A DNA stretch of 64,000 nt from Zygnema circumcarinatum SAG 698-1b. Taxonomy: Eukaryota; Plantae; Zygnematophyceae. The notes under the pieces were generated by a model. It made no database searches. It was not told where the DNA came from and saw only the letters and a list, made by a program, of their open reading frames with translations. How positions within the stretch are numbered: the stretch's first letter is position 1; the number at the start of each line of letters is the position of its first letter. Location: assembly GCA_037447605.1 (NCBI GenBank), contig CM074818.1, positions 1,934,617-1,998,616 on the forward strand. The letters are read 5' to 3'. Position numbers and translations under genes: made by a program. Shown piece by piece: positions 22,305 to 34,083 of this stretch.

Positions 22305-24614
22305 ATGTGGAACGCTGTCAGTTGGCTGTTTGGCGCGCTCGAGCATGTGGAGGGAACTCCGTCGGAGAAAACGGAGAACGGAACTGTAATTGGAACTGCA
22401 ACGGCAACAGTCCCAACTGGAGCAAAGAGAACACGAGCCATTCGGTGGGGTTTTATCGGTGAGGGTCAGGGTTCAGGGCTCCCAATTACTCCTCCCCTCC
22501 CTCTCCCAACCTCTCTCTCGCTCCCCCCACGCCTCTCCCTCCCCCCCCACTGGCCCTCTCCTCCCTCCCTCTCCCACCTACTCTCTCCCCCCACGCCTCT
22601 CTCCCTTTCCCCCCTCTGGGCCTCCCCTCCCCTCCCTCCCTTCTCCCCTTTCCTTCCCTTCTCCCTTCTTCTTCCTCCTTTTTCCCTTCCTTCTCCCTTC
22701 TTTTTTCCCTTCTTCCCTTCCTCGTCCTCCACTCTCACCCCTCTCCTCCCCTCTCTCCCTTCCAACTTCTAAACCCTAAACCCCTCTGCGCGGTGGACAG
22801 GTTTGGGAGAAACGGCATGGGATGTGGCGGAGTGTGTGGCCTCTCAACCGGACTGCGAGATTGTGGCTGTGACCGGCGCTGACCCTGTGAGTGGTGGAGG
22901 GAGAGGGGAAGCGAGGGAGGGGAGAGGGGAGGGGGAGAGGGAAGAGGGAGGAGGAGAGGGAGGTAGAGGGAGGGAGGGAGAGGGGGGGAGGGGAGGGGGA
23001 CAGGGACAGGGACAGGGAGGGAGAGGGTGACAGAATTGGTGGCAGAATATGCTGCCTCATTATTATTATTATTATTATTCGTGTGAAATTGTCTAATTTA
23101 CCAAGAAATAGTTTTTTTCTCTCCTTTGATCTATCGACTTCCCCCTCTCCCTTCCTCTGTGTGTCTCTTCGTCTGTCCTTCCGACCTATCTTTCTATCTC
23201 CCCTCTCCATGCCCTTCCCCTTCTCCCCCTCGCCCCTTTCTTCTCCCCACTCTCTGTTTCTTTCATCCCTTCCCATGTCTCCCCCCCCTCCTCTCTCCTG
23301 CCCCCTCGCCTTCCCCTTGTTTTAGTCACCCTCTCTCTCGTCCCTTTTTTCCTCCCTCTCTTCCTTTGCATTGCCACCCACTCTTCCTCCCCTTTCCCCC
23401 TCCCTTCTCCACCCTCCCCTTTCCTCCGCCTCCCTCGTTCCTCCCTCACCCTCTCCTCTCCCCTCTCCCACTCCNNNNNNNNNNCCCTCTCCCTCTCCCT
23501 CTCCCTCTCCCTCTCCCTCTCCCTCTCTCCCCCTCTCAGGCACATTATTGTGGAGAGTCCCCTGGCTCTAAACGAGAGAGAGGCGGAGGACATAGTGCGT
23601 CTCGCCAAGCTGAAGTCGCTGCTGCTGCTCGAGGTACGGCCGTCCATGCAGCATGCGGTTTAGGGTTTAGGGTTTCAAATCTGAGATTGTTAAGGTTTGA
23701 AGAGGCTTAGGGTTTAAAGGAGAAGGCTCAAATTGGAGGACAGGAAGCGGGATGAGAATAGCCAGGATGTTGTTATACTATTAAGAGAGAGTGCATCGCT
23801 CTCTCTCCCTCTCTCTCCCTCTCTCCCCCTCTCTCTCCCTCTCTCCCCCTCTCTCCCTCTCTCTCTCACGCTCTCTCACGGCCCCCCTCCTCCCCTTTCA
23901 CTTTCCGCTCCTCCCTTCACTCCCGAGCCTCACTCATGTTCCCTTCCTTGTCTCTCTCCCTCCCTTATTACTTTGTAGGGTTTTAGGAGCCTATGGGTTA
24001 GACTGTAGGGGTACGACTGTTATGGTTTCATCCGTACTCTTTTTTGGCGGTTTCTGACAGGCGATTCCCGGAAGGTTCTGCCCCGCTTCCTCGAAGCTGG
24101 AGGAGGTCCTCTCAAAGGGCGCCATAGGACAGGTGTCCTCTCCTCCCAACGCTCCTCTTTCCTTTCCCTTTTTGCCTCCACACACCAAATCACTTCATAT
24201 CAAATGGTGACGAGATATGTGAAATGTGCTACCCGACCCTGACCTCACTGACGTCACGTGACATATTTCTATCTCGAGGTGACGTGACGTGACGTGATGT
24301 GTTACTAGTTACTGCTTACTACCATGACATGACGTCACGTGTTACTCCATGACGTGACGTGTGTGACTACCATGACATGCATGGCATGCACGATGTGACG
24401 TGACGTGACGTGACGTGAGGTGTGTTCCTATCGTGGCGTGGCAGGTGCGCGTAGTGCGCGTGGAGGGCAGCGCGCGGGCGGGCGCGGGCGAGGGCGAGGG
24501 CGCGGTGGTGCCGCTAGGCGCGTGGGCGCTCGCCTTCGCGGCCGCCGCCTGCGGGAGGGGCAGGGCGGCGGGGGTCCAGGCCGCGGGGGACGACTCGCAG
24601 GCACGCCCGCTCGC

Positions 24615-24679
<65 letters not shown>

Positions 24680-25534
24680 CTCTCTCTCTCTCTCTCTCGC
24701 TCTCGGACTCGGTCGCTCTCCTCCCCTCTCTTCCCTCTGTCTCTGTTTTTCTCTAGTAGCTATCTATCTAGACCGTCTCTCCGTTTCTCCTCGTCTTAAT
24801 ATCTCCTACCCACGCCCTCCCCCACCCTCTATCGCTCCGCTCCCCTCTCGTTCATCTCGCTTTCTCGTCTCCTCTCCCTAACCCTCACTGTCTTCGTCAC
24901 CCACTCTCTTCCCCCCCCTCTCCCCCTCTTTCATTCTCCCTTTCCTCTCCCCTCTTTTCTCCTCGCCTCCCTTTCTCTCCTTCCTCTCCCCTCCCTCCCT
25001 CCCTCCATCCCGACTACAGTTTGGAATGGAGGAAGGTCCTTTGGGAGGTTCGATTGTTCTCCCCACACTCCCTCTCTCCCCCTCACTCCCTTCCTCTCCT
25101 CTCTCTCTCTCTCCTTCCTCCCTCCCTCCCGCGCCTCTCTCCCCCCCCTCCCTGTCTCTCTCTCTCTCACGCACTCTGCAGCTTCCCCCTTCCAGGTGGC
25201 CATGTCCCTGAGATTCCCAGGAGGACAGCTGGCAAGCATCTGCTGCAGTACAGCTGTCAACCTCCCGGGCGATGCTCACATTTACGGAACGGCGGGTTCT
25301 ATCTCAGTTTCGAGCCCGTTCTGGCAGCCGCATAAATTTACTGTCCATAGAAACGGAGACGGAGCAAAAGAGGGCCCCTCCGAAAGCGAATATTCTTTTC
25401 CCATGCCCTCGCCGAGACGAGGGGCAGCCGACTCCGGGCAGCTCGAAAGTTCTCTAGAGATGACCGAGAGCAGCACGGGGGAGAGCTTGTCTCCGGGCAG
25501 CAGCGAAAGTTTTTACGGAGCGTCCGCGAGCTGA
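22305..25534 (+). CDS. Gfo/Idh/MocA family (DHDH-like) oxidoreductase, divergent. Exons 22305-22458, 22801-22886, [missing exon(s) in gap 23475-23484], 23540-23633, 24061-24132, 24445-24600 (GC donor), 25196-25534
   Basis: IRWGFIGLGETA...EIVAV Rossmann start; [23 protein letters not shown]...LLLE (cf. HVLCEKPLA); AIPGRFCPA...GAIGQVR; [12 protein letters not shown]...[19 protein letters not shown]. Confidence 0.85.
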
Positions 25535-27341
25535 AAGGAGGCGGTCGAGTTTGTCTCAGAGCGGACGCGAGGTAAAATGAGGGAGCCAAGTTTGGTTCAG
25601 AGCGAGCTGAATTGAGGCGGCTAAGTTTGACTCGGAGCGTCCGCGAGCTGAAAGGAGGCGGTCGAGTTTGTCTCAGAGCGGACGCGAGGTAAAATGAGGG
25701 AGCCAAGTTTGGTTCAGAGCGAGCTGAATTGAGGCGGCTAAGTTTGACTCGGAGCGTCCGCGAGCTGAAAGGAGGCGGTCGAGTTTGTCTCAGAGCGGAC
25801 GCGAGGTAAAATGAGGGAGCCAAGTTTGGTTCAGAGCGAGCTGAATTGAGGCGGCTAAGTTTGACTCGGAGCGTCCGCGAGCTGAAAGGAGGCGGTCGAG
25901 TTTGTCTCAGAGCGGACGCGAGGTAAAATGAGGGAGCCACGAGCGAGCTTTGACGGCTAAGTTTGACTCGGAGCGTCCGCGAGCTGAAAGGAGGTGGTCG
26001 AGTTTGACTCGGTGCGGCCGCGAGCTAAATGAGGGAACCAAGTTTGACTCAGTGCGGCCGCGAACTAAATGAGGGAACCAAGTTTGACTCAGTGCGGCCG
26101 CGAGCTAAATGAGGGAACCAAGTTTGACTCAGTGCGGCCGCGAGCTAAATGCGGGAACCAAGTTTGACTCAGTGCGGCCGCGGGCTAAATGCGGGAACCA
26201 AGTTTGACTCCAGTGCGGCCGCGAGCTAAATGCGGGAACCAAGTTTGACTCCAGTGCGGCCGCGAGCTAAATGCGGGAACCAAGTTTGACTCAGTGCGGC
26301 CGCGAACTAAATGAGGGAACCAAGTTTGACTCCAGTGCGGCCGCGAACTAAATGAGGGAACCAAGTTTGACTCCAGTGCGGCCGCGAACTAAATGAGGGA
26401 ACCAAGTTTGACTCCAGTGCGGCCGCGAACTAAATGAGGGAACCAAGTTTGACTCAGTGCGGCCGCGAACTAAATGAGGGAACCAAGTTTGACTCCAGTG
26501 CGGCCGCGAACTAAATGAGGGAACCAAGTTTGACTCAGTGCGGCCGCGAGCTAAATGAGGGAACCAAGTTTGACTCCAGTGCGGCCGCGAACTAAATGAG
26601 GGAACCAAGTTTGACTCAGTGCGGCCGCGAACTAAATGAGGGAACCAAGTTTGACTCAGTGCGGCCGCGAACTAAATGAGGGAACCAAGTTTGACTCAGT
26701 GCGGCCGCGAACTAAATGAGGGAACCAAGTTTGACTCAGTGCGGCCGCGAGCTAAATGAGGGAACCAAGTTTGACTCAGTGCGGCCGCGAGCTAAATGCG
26801 GGAACCAAGTTTGACTCAGTGCGGCCGCGAGCTAAATGCGGGAACCAAGTTTGACTCAGTGCGGCCGCGAACTAAATGAGGGAACCAAGTTTGACTCAGT
26901 GCGGCCGCGAGCTAAATGAGGGAACCAAGTTTGACTCAGTGCGGCCGCGAGCTAAATGCGGGAACCAAGTTTGACTCGGCGGCCGCGAGCTAAAATGAGG
27001 GAACGAAGTTTGACTCGGAGCGTCCGCGAGCTGAAAGGAGGTGGTCGAGTTTGACTCGGTGCGGCCGCGAGCTAAATGAGGGAACCAAGTTTGACTCAGT
27101 GCGGCCGCGAACTAAATGAGGGAACCAAGTTTGACTCAGTGCGGCCGCGAGCTAAATGAGGGAACCAAGTTTGACTCAGTGCGGCCGCGAGCTAAATGCG
27201 GGAACCAAGTTTGACTCGGAGCGTCCGCGAGCTGAAAGGAGGCGGTCGAGTTTGTCTCAGAGCGGACGCGAGGTAAAATGAGGGAGCCAAGTTTGGTTCA
27301 GAGCGAGCTGAATTGAGGCGGCTAAGTTTGACTCGGAGCGT
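25517..27341. repeat. Composite satellite: 117-bp higher-order units at both ends and a core of 40/41-bp monomers containing GCGGCCGC
   Basis: 117-bp period at 25517, 25634, 25751, 25868 and again near 27218. Monomer AGTGCGGCCGCGA(G/A)CTAAATG(A/C)GGGAACCAAGTTTGACTC runs head-to-tail from about 26010 to 27217. Confidence 0.95.
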
Positions 27342-28218
27342 TCGGACTATGTGAACTGTACATAAAAAGGAGGCCGTCGCGCGATTTTGGGAGAAAGGGG
27401 GAGAGTGAAAACAGGTTGGGAATTATTTAGGTGATTTTTTTATCCTCGGGCATTTAGGAGGAATTTCTTGAGCATTTTTCATTTTTTTTGGAACTCTTTT
27501 AATTTGTTGGGACGCAATTGCGCATTTTTTTATTTTTATTTGTTAAAATTTTGTCGCCAATGGTTGCTACAATCAGTCATTTTTTTTTCATCGCCAAAAA
27601 ATTCAATTTGTCGCCGAGATGGACCCAAAACAAAACTTGCATTGAACCGGCGGCAAAATTGCGGGTCATGTGTCGCCAGTTAGCAGTTCAGTGCGAAGTT
27701 CAGTTAAACGGCCGAACATGGAACGCCCTGCAACTGAACGCCGCTGCACGGATTTCCGATCGACCTGGGTTGCGTTTCGCCGCCACGTGTCTCTAATGTG
27801 TCCACGTGTCAAGCGAACCAGCGGTCACGTGTCGTTTAAATCAGAAAGTGCTGACGTGTCAATCAGAGACCAGTCATCGCTGACTCAGCCGCTGACTGTT
27901 ACACTGCCAGGTGTCTGCAAGTGCCATGTGTCGATAGACGCCAAGTCAGCGCTGACTCAGCGGCCGACTCTCATTGGCTATCGTCCGATTTCCTCAGTGC
28001 CGATTTGGCGGCCTCAACAAACGGCTAAAAATGCCGGTTGCTTTTTTTAAGCGACCGCAAAGTATTTACGAAATTTTGCCATTCCATGCATCCATCCGCC
28101 CACATCACTCCAAGCGTCTGATTTCTGCGAGGGCGGGACTCCAATTATTTTTCGTTCCGATTGGTCCACGTCATACTATGCGGACGTGGTAGACCGTGAT
28201 TGGTTATTCTAAGTCTTA

Positions 28219-28685
28219 GGGTGCTTTTTCATGGTCAAACTTCATTTGGTTCAACGAATGCTGATGTGGTTCAACATTGCTGATGTCATTTCGCAAGTGC
28301 AAACTGGAGCGGGTTCAGTGACCGAATAGAAAAATGGGGTAGGTCAGCGAGATCCAAATGACCAATGGAATAACGCCACGTGGCACCCCACGCTCCTTTT
28401 CCACGCCGTCGCGCAGTTACGCCCGATCAGGGTTTAGGGATGAGCTGGAAATATTCGTGATTGGAATGTGCCACGTGTACGCCACGTGGTGCTTACTCTT
28501 TGGCGGAAGTGGCGCCCCTCGGCATTCAGTCGGCTCTCACGTGCAAACAGTTTTCATTCGACGTCGTTCAACAGGTTGGATGAAAAAACTTTCGTTTCGG
28601 AGGTTTGCGAACTCTTCACCGCGGTTTCCAACCTTTTCATTCAACTGAACTTTCATGAACGAAGTTGAACCATGAAAACGCACCC
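28219..28685. mobile_element. MITE-like element upstream of PsaN carrying G-boxes
   Basis: TIRs GGGTGCTTTTTCATGGTCAAACTTC / (rc) GGGTGCGTTTTCATGGTTCAACTTC; flanks TAAGTCTTA and TAAGTCTAC (7/9 direct repeat); GCCACGTG at 28375, 28470 and 28481. Confidence 0.75.
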
Positions 28686-28988
28686 TAAGTCTACTTTCAA
28701 ACTTTTTTTTTTTTTCTTTTTTTTACAAACCTAGTCCCGACCGTCCTATGGCTGCACAGGGCTCTGAGGATGATGTCAGGCCGCACCTGCCGTATGAAAC
28801 CACGCGCCACAAGTGATGCGGGGCAGTTCTCAGAAGTGATGTTGTTCCCGGAACCTGTTCCAAGAGTGATGTAGAGTGATGTAGAGCGGTGCGATTCCGA
28901 CCCTTAGAGAGGACTGACTGTTAAAGAGCAGGAAGGCGACGGCTTGCAAATATTTGGAACGCCTTTTTTGTCTCCTGCAAAGCTAAAC

Positions 28989-29019
<31 letters not shown>

Positions 29020-29021
29020 CC

Positions 29022-29980
29022 ATGGCGGCCCTCACAATGGGAGCACTTCCGACTGCAGTCAGCGTCACTCTATTGCCTGCTTCGAAAAGCCAAAGAAATC
29101 GACCTTATGGATCAGTCAAACGAGCTTCTTCCATGACTGCAATCACTGTTCGAGCTTCTGCGAGCGAGGAGAAAGAAGAAGCTCCGAGTTCAACCGGAAA
29201 GGCGGCGTTGCGAGTAGCCATGGCTACCGCAGCTGCAGCTGCCATTTCTCTGACAGTGATGCCTGAAACAGCTCATGCAGGTTTGATTGACGAGCTTCTT
29301 GCAAAGAGTTCGCAGAACAAGGTATGATATGGAGGAGGGCAAGCCCGTTGAAAACCTTGGATGATTTCCGCAGAGTTTTCTTGCTTCTTATTCTGATATG
29401 CTATGTCTAAGTTTGCTCCATTACAAATTTTCTTTGCTTGTTGTACAGGAGCGCATTGAACGCCTGCTTGTTCAAATGTCTGACTGGTATATGCTTTGAA
29501 TAATGAGTAAATTTAAAATTCACCGTGACGTTCCTGCAGCTGCATGCACATTTCTTGCCAGTTCTTTCAAGCGCTCTTCTTTGGGCAATGCAATTGCTTT
29601 TTCATTGTTGTTTTGATGATAATTTTTCCTCACTTGCAAGCAGGAGCTCAATGATGCAAAGCGGTTGGCGACCAGCGGCGCCAACGCCTCTCGTCCATGG
29701 ACAGTCGAGTTTGGAACTTGCCGGTTTCCTGAAAACATCACAGGCTGCGATGACTTGGCGCGCAGCAAGGTGCTTGAATCATGAATAATTTTATTGGTCT
29801 TGGAACTTGAAACAAATGTTTATATCATAAGCTGATGACCTTTCGATGAATACCTCTGGGATTCTCTTGATTAATAGGGAAAAAGTGAAAGCATTCTGCT
29901 CCATTTCTTTGTTCCAAAACAGCGGTATGTCACATCTCTCCCTCCCTCCCTCCCTCCCCCCCCCTCTCTCTTATTCTCTC

Positions 29981-30056
<76 letters not shown>

Positions 30057-30223
30057 CCCTCTCCCTCCTCTCTCGCTTTGTTTTGCAGAAAGTTGCATTC
30101 ATCACGGACGACTTAGAGCTTGAATGTGAGGGCAAGGAGGCTGGAAAGTGCGCCTCCAACAACCTTTGGAATGCCAGGTCCTCCGGCCTGGCCAAGCCTG
30201 GAGGCGGAGGCGCAGCATCTTGA
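29022..30223 (+). CDS. PSAN: Photosystem I reaction center subunit N. Exons 29022-29321, 29644-29769, 30089-30223
   Basis: Bipartite transit peptide ending AHA, then GLIDELLAKSSQNKELNDAKRLATSGAN...GTCRFPENITGCDDLA...VAFITDDLELECEGK...C with the four conserved Cys. Phase-0 GT-AG introns. Confidence 0.95.
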
Positions 30224-31917
30224 AAATTAAGAGAAACATAGAGAGAGATTAGGAAGGCAAAAGACTTTCTGCTTTCAGAAGAAGTAGACTTTCGCTTAAC
30301 GCTGAATTGAGTTTTGTGAATACATAGACAAGGATTTTTTGAGAATTATTTGGTTTTGTATGGTGAGCAGTATGCAGGTTCAAGCAGGGTCTGGAGGGAG
30401 GATGCAGGTGGTGAAGAAAGGGAGAGAAGGATCGAGAATGGGAGACAGGAGAGAGCGAAAAAAGATGAAGTTTTTTTTTTATGTTTATATTTGTTTGTTT
30501 TTTTTTTCTTTCTGGTTTTGTGTTCCTGGGTTTTGGTTATGTGAGGACGGAAACCGAGATTTGTACTTTGGAAATCTTGAAAACAAGTCGATTTGCTGTT
30601 CTGCATAATCCTGAGTAAAACTTGAACGGCGTATATACATCTTCAGTTATCAGAAAGTTTCCTTTTCATTTTGATTTATTTTTTGTTTTTGGAAGATGCC
30701 AATGCTTGAATTTCTTGCAATTTTGAAAGATAAACGAATCAAAAGAAAGGTCGATACGGCAACAGTGGGTGTAATTTTTTTTAGAGGGAGGAGAGAGCGA
30801 GAGCGAGAGGAGAGGAAGCGAGAGCGAGAGCGAGAGAGAGAGGGAGAGGGAGAGCGAGTGCGAGAGAGTGAGAGAGCGAGAGAGGGAGAGCGAGAAAGGA
30901 AGAGAGCGAGAGAGAGAGAGAGAGAGGAGAGCGAGAGGGAGAGAGGGAGACGCAAAAAGAGGGAAGGACACAAAAGGCTTCCAGTGGTACAAAACAAACT
31001 TCAGCGCATACTACAATAGTTTTCGACCGCTTTTTTTTTTTTTTTTTTGAAAGGTTGCTCCCGATTTCCCTTATTTCCATTTTGCCAGAAGCGAGGATCC
31101 GGCTGTTCGGGCCCTCAAATTTTCAAGAATCGAAATCGCTCGTGGTTTCGCTCGTCCAGCTTCTTCGCGGGAGCGCCCGATGATAACACTTGCGAATTTG
31201 CTGACGTGGAACAAATATCCCTCATCCATTCATACCAGTTTAGTAACATTCAGACAGTGTGAACGAATCATTTTCGAAGCATGTTTTTTTCCCCGCTCGT
31301 CATTCCTACAATCCTACTACGAGGGCTCGTCAATAGGGAAGCCGTCGGGGAACCTCCAAACTATGTCCAAATCAGTACACATCTCCGTGGTTTTTTTGGC
31401 CACCTCTTGGAAAATATGTACTAGTTTCGAACTCAATTTAAAGTTTGAGGACATTTTTTTCGTCAATTCCGCCCTTGACTTTTTCCATTCGTCAATCTCC
31501 GGAGTTCCCGGAATTCGCACGCGGAGGCATCCACGTCAGCAATTCTCCAACGTCTTGGAGCAACGGTAAGACTGCCACGTCATCCACCGACAAATTAGAG
31601 CCAATACGAACATGCCACGCCTCCCACAGATAAACGTAAGCCAATCCGAACATACCACGTGGACAAACTGAGAATAGCACCGTTCCCCTGACAACACCTT
31701 CCCCCGCAGATCGCGGAATCTTTCCTGCCACGTGGCGTGACCTAAGCACTTTCCAACATCCAACGGGAAACATTCCGCCACGTCGCAAATGTAACGGCCA
31801 GATCTCACCGTCAGGGCAGAATTTCCGCGTGCCCGTTGACCGGCTCCGGCCAATCCGATGCCACCTCGGCTGCCACGTGGACCCTTCCCACCCGCCCCCC
31901 TCGTCTTCCTCACTGCT

Positions 31918-31923
31918 TATAAA
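31918..31923 (+). promoter_or_regulatory. TATA box upstream of the STIG1-like gene, preceded by a cluster of CCACGT/G-box motifs (31531-31880)
   Basis: CTTATAAAAG about 140 nt before the ATG at 32059; repeated (G)CCACGT(G/C) motifs upstream. Confidence 0.55.
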
Positions 31924-32058
31924 GGGCCCTTTGGCTCCCCTCTAACGCAGTCTCTCCGTCCCACTCTCTCCCCCTCCCTCACTCTCTCCCGCTCTCTCTC
32001 TTCCCCTCTCTCTCGCGCTCTCTCTCCGTCTCTCTCTGTCTCTCTCTCCCTCTCAGGA

Positions 32059-34083
32059 ATGCCTCGCTCGTCCCACTTCCTCCTCCTCGTCTCCACCCTC
32101 TCCCTCTTCGCCTCCCTGCCTTCCTCTCTCCCTTCAGTCTCCGCCTGGACCCACCCCTCTCTCTCCCATTCCCACTCCCACCCTGCCACCGACCTCACCC
32201 GCCCCGGCCCCCGCCTCCTCCGCGAGCTCCGAGCCGTCCCCAGCCGTCCGATCCCTCCCCCCTTCCCCTATCCTCCACGTGGCGCCCCTCGTCTCCCGCC
32301 ACCTGTCACCAATGAGCGCCTACCAGGTCACCACCCTCCCGGCGTCGGCAAGCGGTGCCACGTGGACCACGCCCGCTGCCTCCAACCCGCCTTCAATCCC
32401 ACCCTTCTCTCCGATCCAGCCGCCACCACCTGCTGCAGGTCCACTTGATCTGTTCAACTGTTGATCTGTTGGAACCTTCCTTTAATATTTAACATCTAAA
32501 AGTTAAACATTTAATAATTAAACATTTCTACTTGGGGTAGTAATGGTTTACTTGGGTCTTTTAGAGTCCCTTTATTTATGTTAAGCTTTTTTATCAAGTT
32601 CGAGTCTTGACCGTCCTGGGTTGTGATCGAATTTTTAGGGTTTCAGCTGTGGGTGGTTCAAGTTTTAACAGCTCCCCTTCCGTTGACACGTGTCCGTGCT
32701 TGCAGCAAGCGGTGCGTGAACCTTGCGACGGAGAGGAAGCACTGCGGGGCCTGCTTTGTCGAGTGCAGCCGCGGCACCTCCTGCATTGCAGGGAGATGTA
32801 ACCAAACGCTGCCTCTCCCTCCCTCTCTCCCTCCCTCCCCCCTTCCTTCTCCCCCTCCCTCATCTCCCACCAAGTCTCCTCCCTCTCTTCCTCCCTCTCC
32901 CTCTCCCTCTCCTTCTCCTCCTGCCAATTCTCCTCCCTCTCCCCCTCCCTCTCTCCCTCCCTCTCCCTCTCCCTCTCCTTCTCCTCCTGCCAAGTCCCCT
33001 CCCAGTTCCCCTTCCCCTCCCCCTCCCTCTTCCCCTCCCTCTCCCCTCCCCTCTCCCCCTTCTTCACTCCCTCCCTCTCCCTCTCCCTCACCTTCTCCTC
33101 CTGTCAAGTCCCTTCCCTCTCCCCCTCCCTCTTTCCCTCCATCTCCTTCTCCTCCTGCTGCCAAGTCTCCTCCCTCTGCCCCTCCCTCTCCCACTGCCCC
33201 TCCCCTTCCCTCTCTCCCTCCCTCTCCCTCTCCCTCTCCTCCCTCCCCTCCTGCCAGCCCCCGCCGCCCCGGCAGACATCCCCCCGGGGTCGGCAAGCGG
33301 TGCCACGTGGACCCCCGCCGGTGTCTCAGCCCCGCCTTCAACCCCTCTCTCCTCTCGGACCCCTCCGCCACCACTTGCTGCAGGTACGGACAAAATTTCC
33401 TGCTAATTTTTTGCTTTTTTTTATATCATTTCTGGGCCTATGGGGTATTCTGGGTACCCAATATGATGACGTAATGTTCATGTTTGTTGACGTTTGCTGA
33501 CGTATGCAGCAAGACGTGCGTGAACCTCGCCTCCAATCGCAAGCACTGCGGGCGATGCTTCAACAACTGCCGGGGTCGCACGTGCGAAGCGGGCGTCTGT
33601 GTGGCTAAGGGGGGGCACCACCCCCCAGGAGTGGGCAAGCGGTGCCACGTGGACCCGAAGCGCTGTCTGAACGCGGCCTTCAACCCCACTCTGCTCTACG
33701 ACTCCGGGGCGACCACGTGCTGCCAGTGAGGCTCTCTCATTTTCGTCATATATATATATATATGGGTATGGGTTCATATGGGTATGGGTTCATGTGAGTA
33801 TACATGTGAATGGACCTAAAAAAGCAGCTGTATTGCTATCGAGGCATAGGATTAGCAGGTTCTTATCATAACAAGGAGCAGATCTGATCTGATATGTATG
33901 TATGTGTATGTATGTATGGGTGCATGGGTATGTGTTGATGCATGGGTGCATGCATGGCGGTGCAGCAAGAAGTGCGTGAACATAGAGACGGACGACCGCA
34001 ACTGCGGGCAGTGCTTCCACACGTGCGGGGCCGGGCGGCAGTGCATCGCCGGCGCATGCAGTGGCTATGGCGCGGACCTGTAG
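32059..34083 (+). CDS. Secreted Cys-rich protein with three STIG1-like modules and a Ser-Pro extensin-like linker, 463 aa. Exons 32059-32438, 32706-33383, 33510-33725, 33966-34083
   Basis: Signal peptide; three copies of HPPGVGKRCHVD..RCL..AFNP.LL.D..ATTCCxKxCVN....R.(H/N)CG.CF..C....C.AG.C (STIG1-type Cys spacing); SP/SPP repeats with interspersed Lys between modules 1 and 2; phase-2 introns; total length 1392 nt. Confidence 0.88.

Noticed and set aside
20532-23474. Tandem duplication of oxidoreductase exons 1-2
   Set aside because: Near-identical copies abut a 10-N gap, the signature of overlapping contig ends.
22887-23539. General mechanism of GA/CT complementary tracts pairing to bridge intron ends
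   Set aside because: Seen in only this gap-containing intron; other introns have a single tract type, so no pattern is supported.
25338-25940. 200-aa repeat protein on the minus strand
   Set aside because: The frame stays open only because the unit is 117 bp (39 codons); it overlaps the oxidoreductase antisense and lacks an ATG start.
25517-27341. CRISPR array
   Set aside because: The 40-bp units are contiguous with no unique spacers, there are no cas genes, and the context is eukaryotic; it is a satellite.
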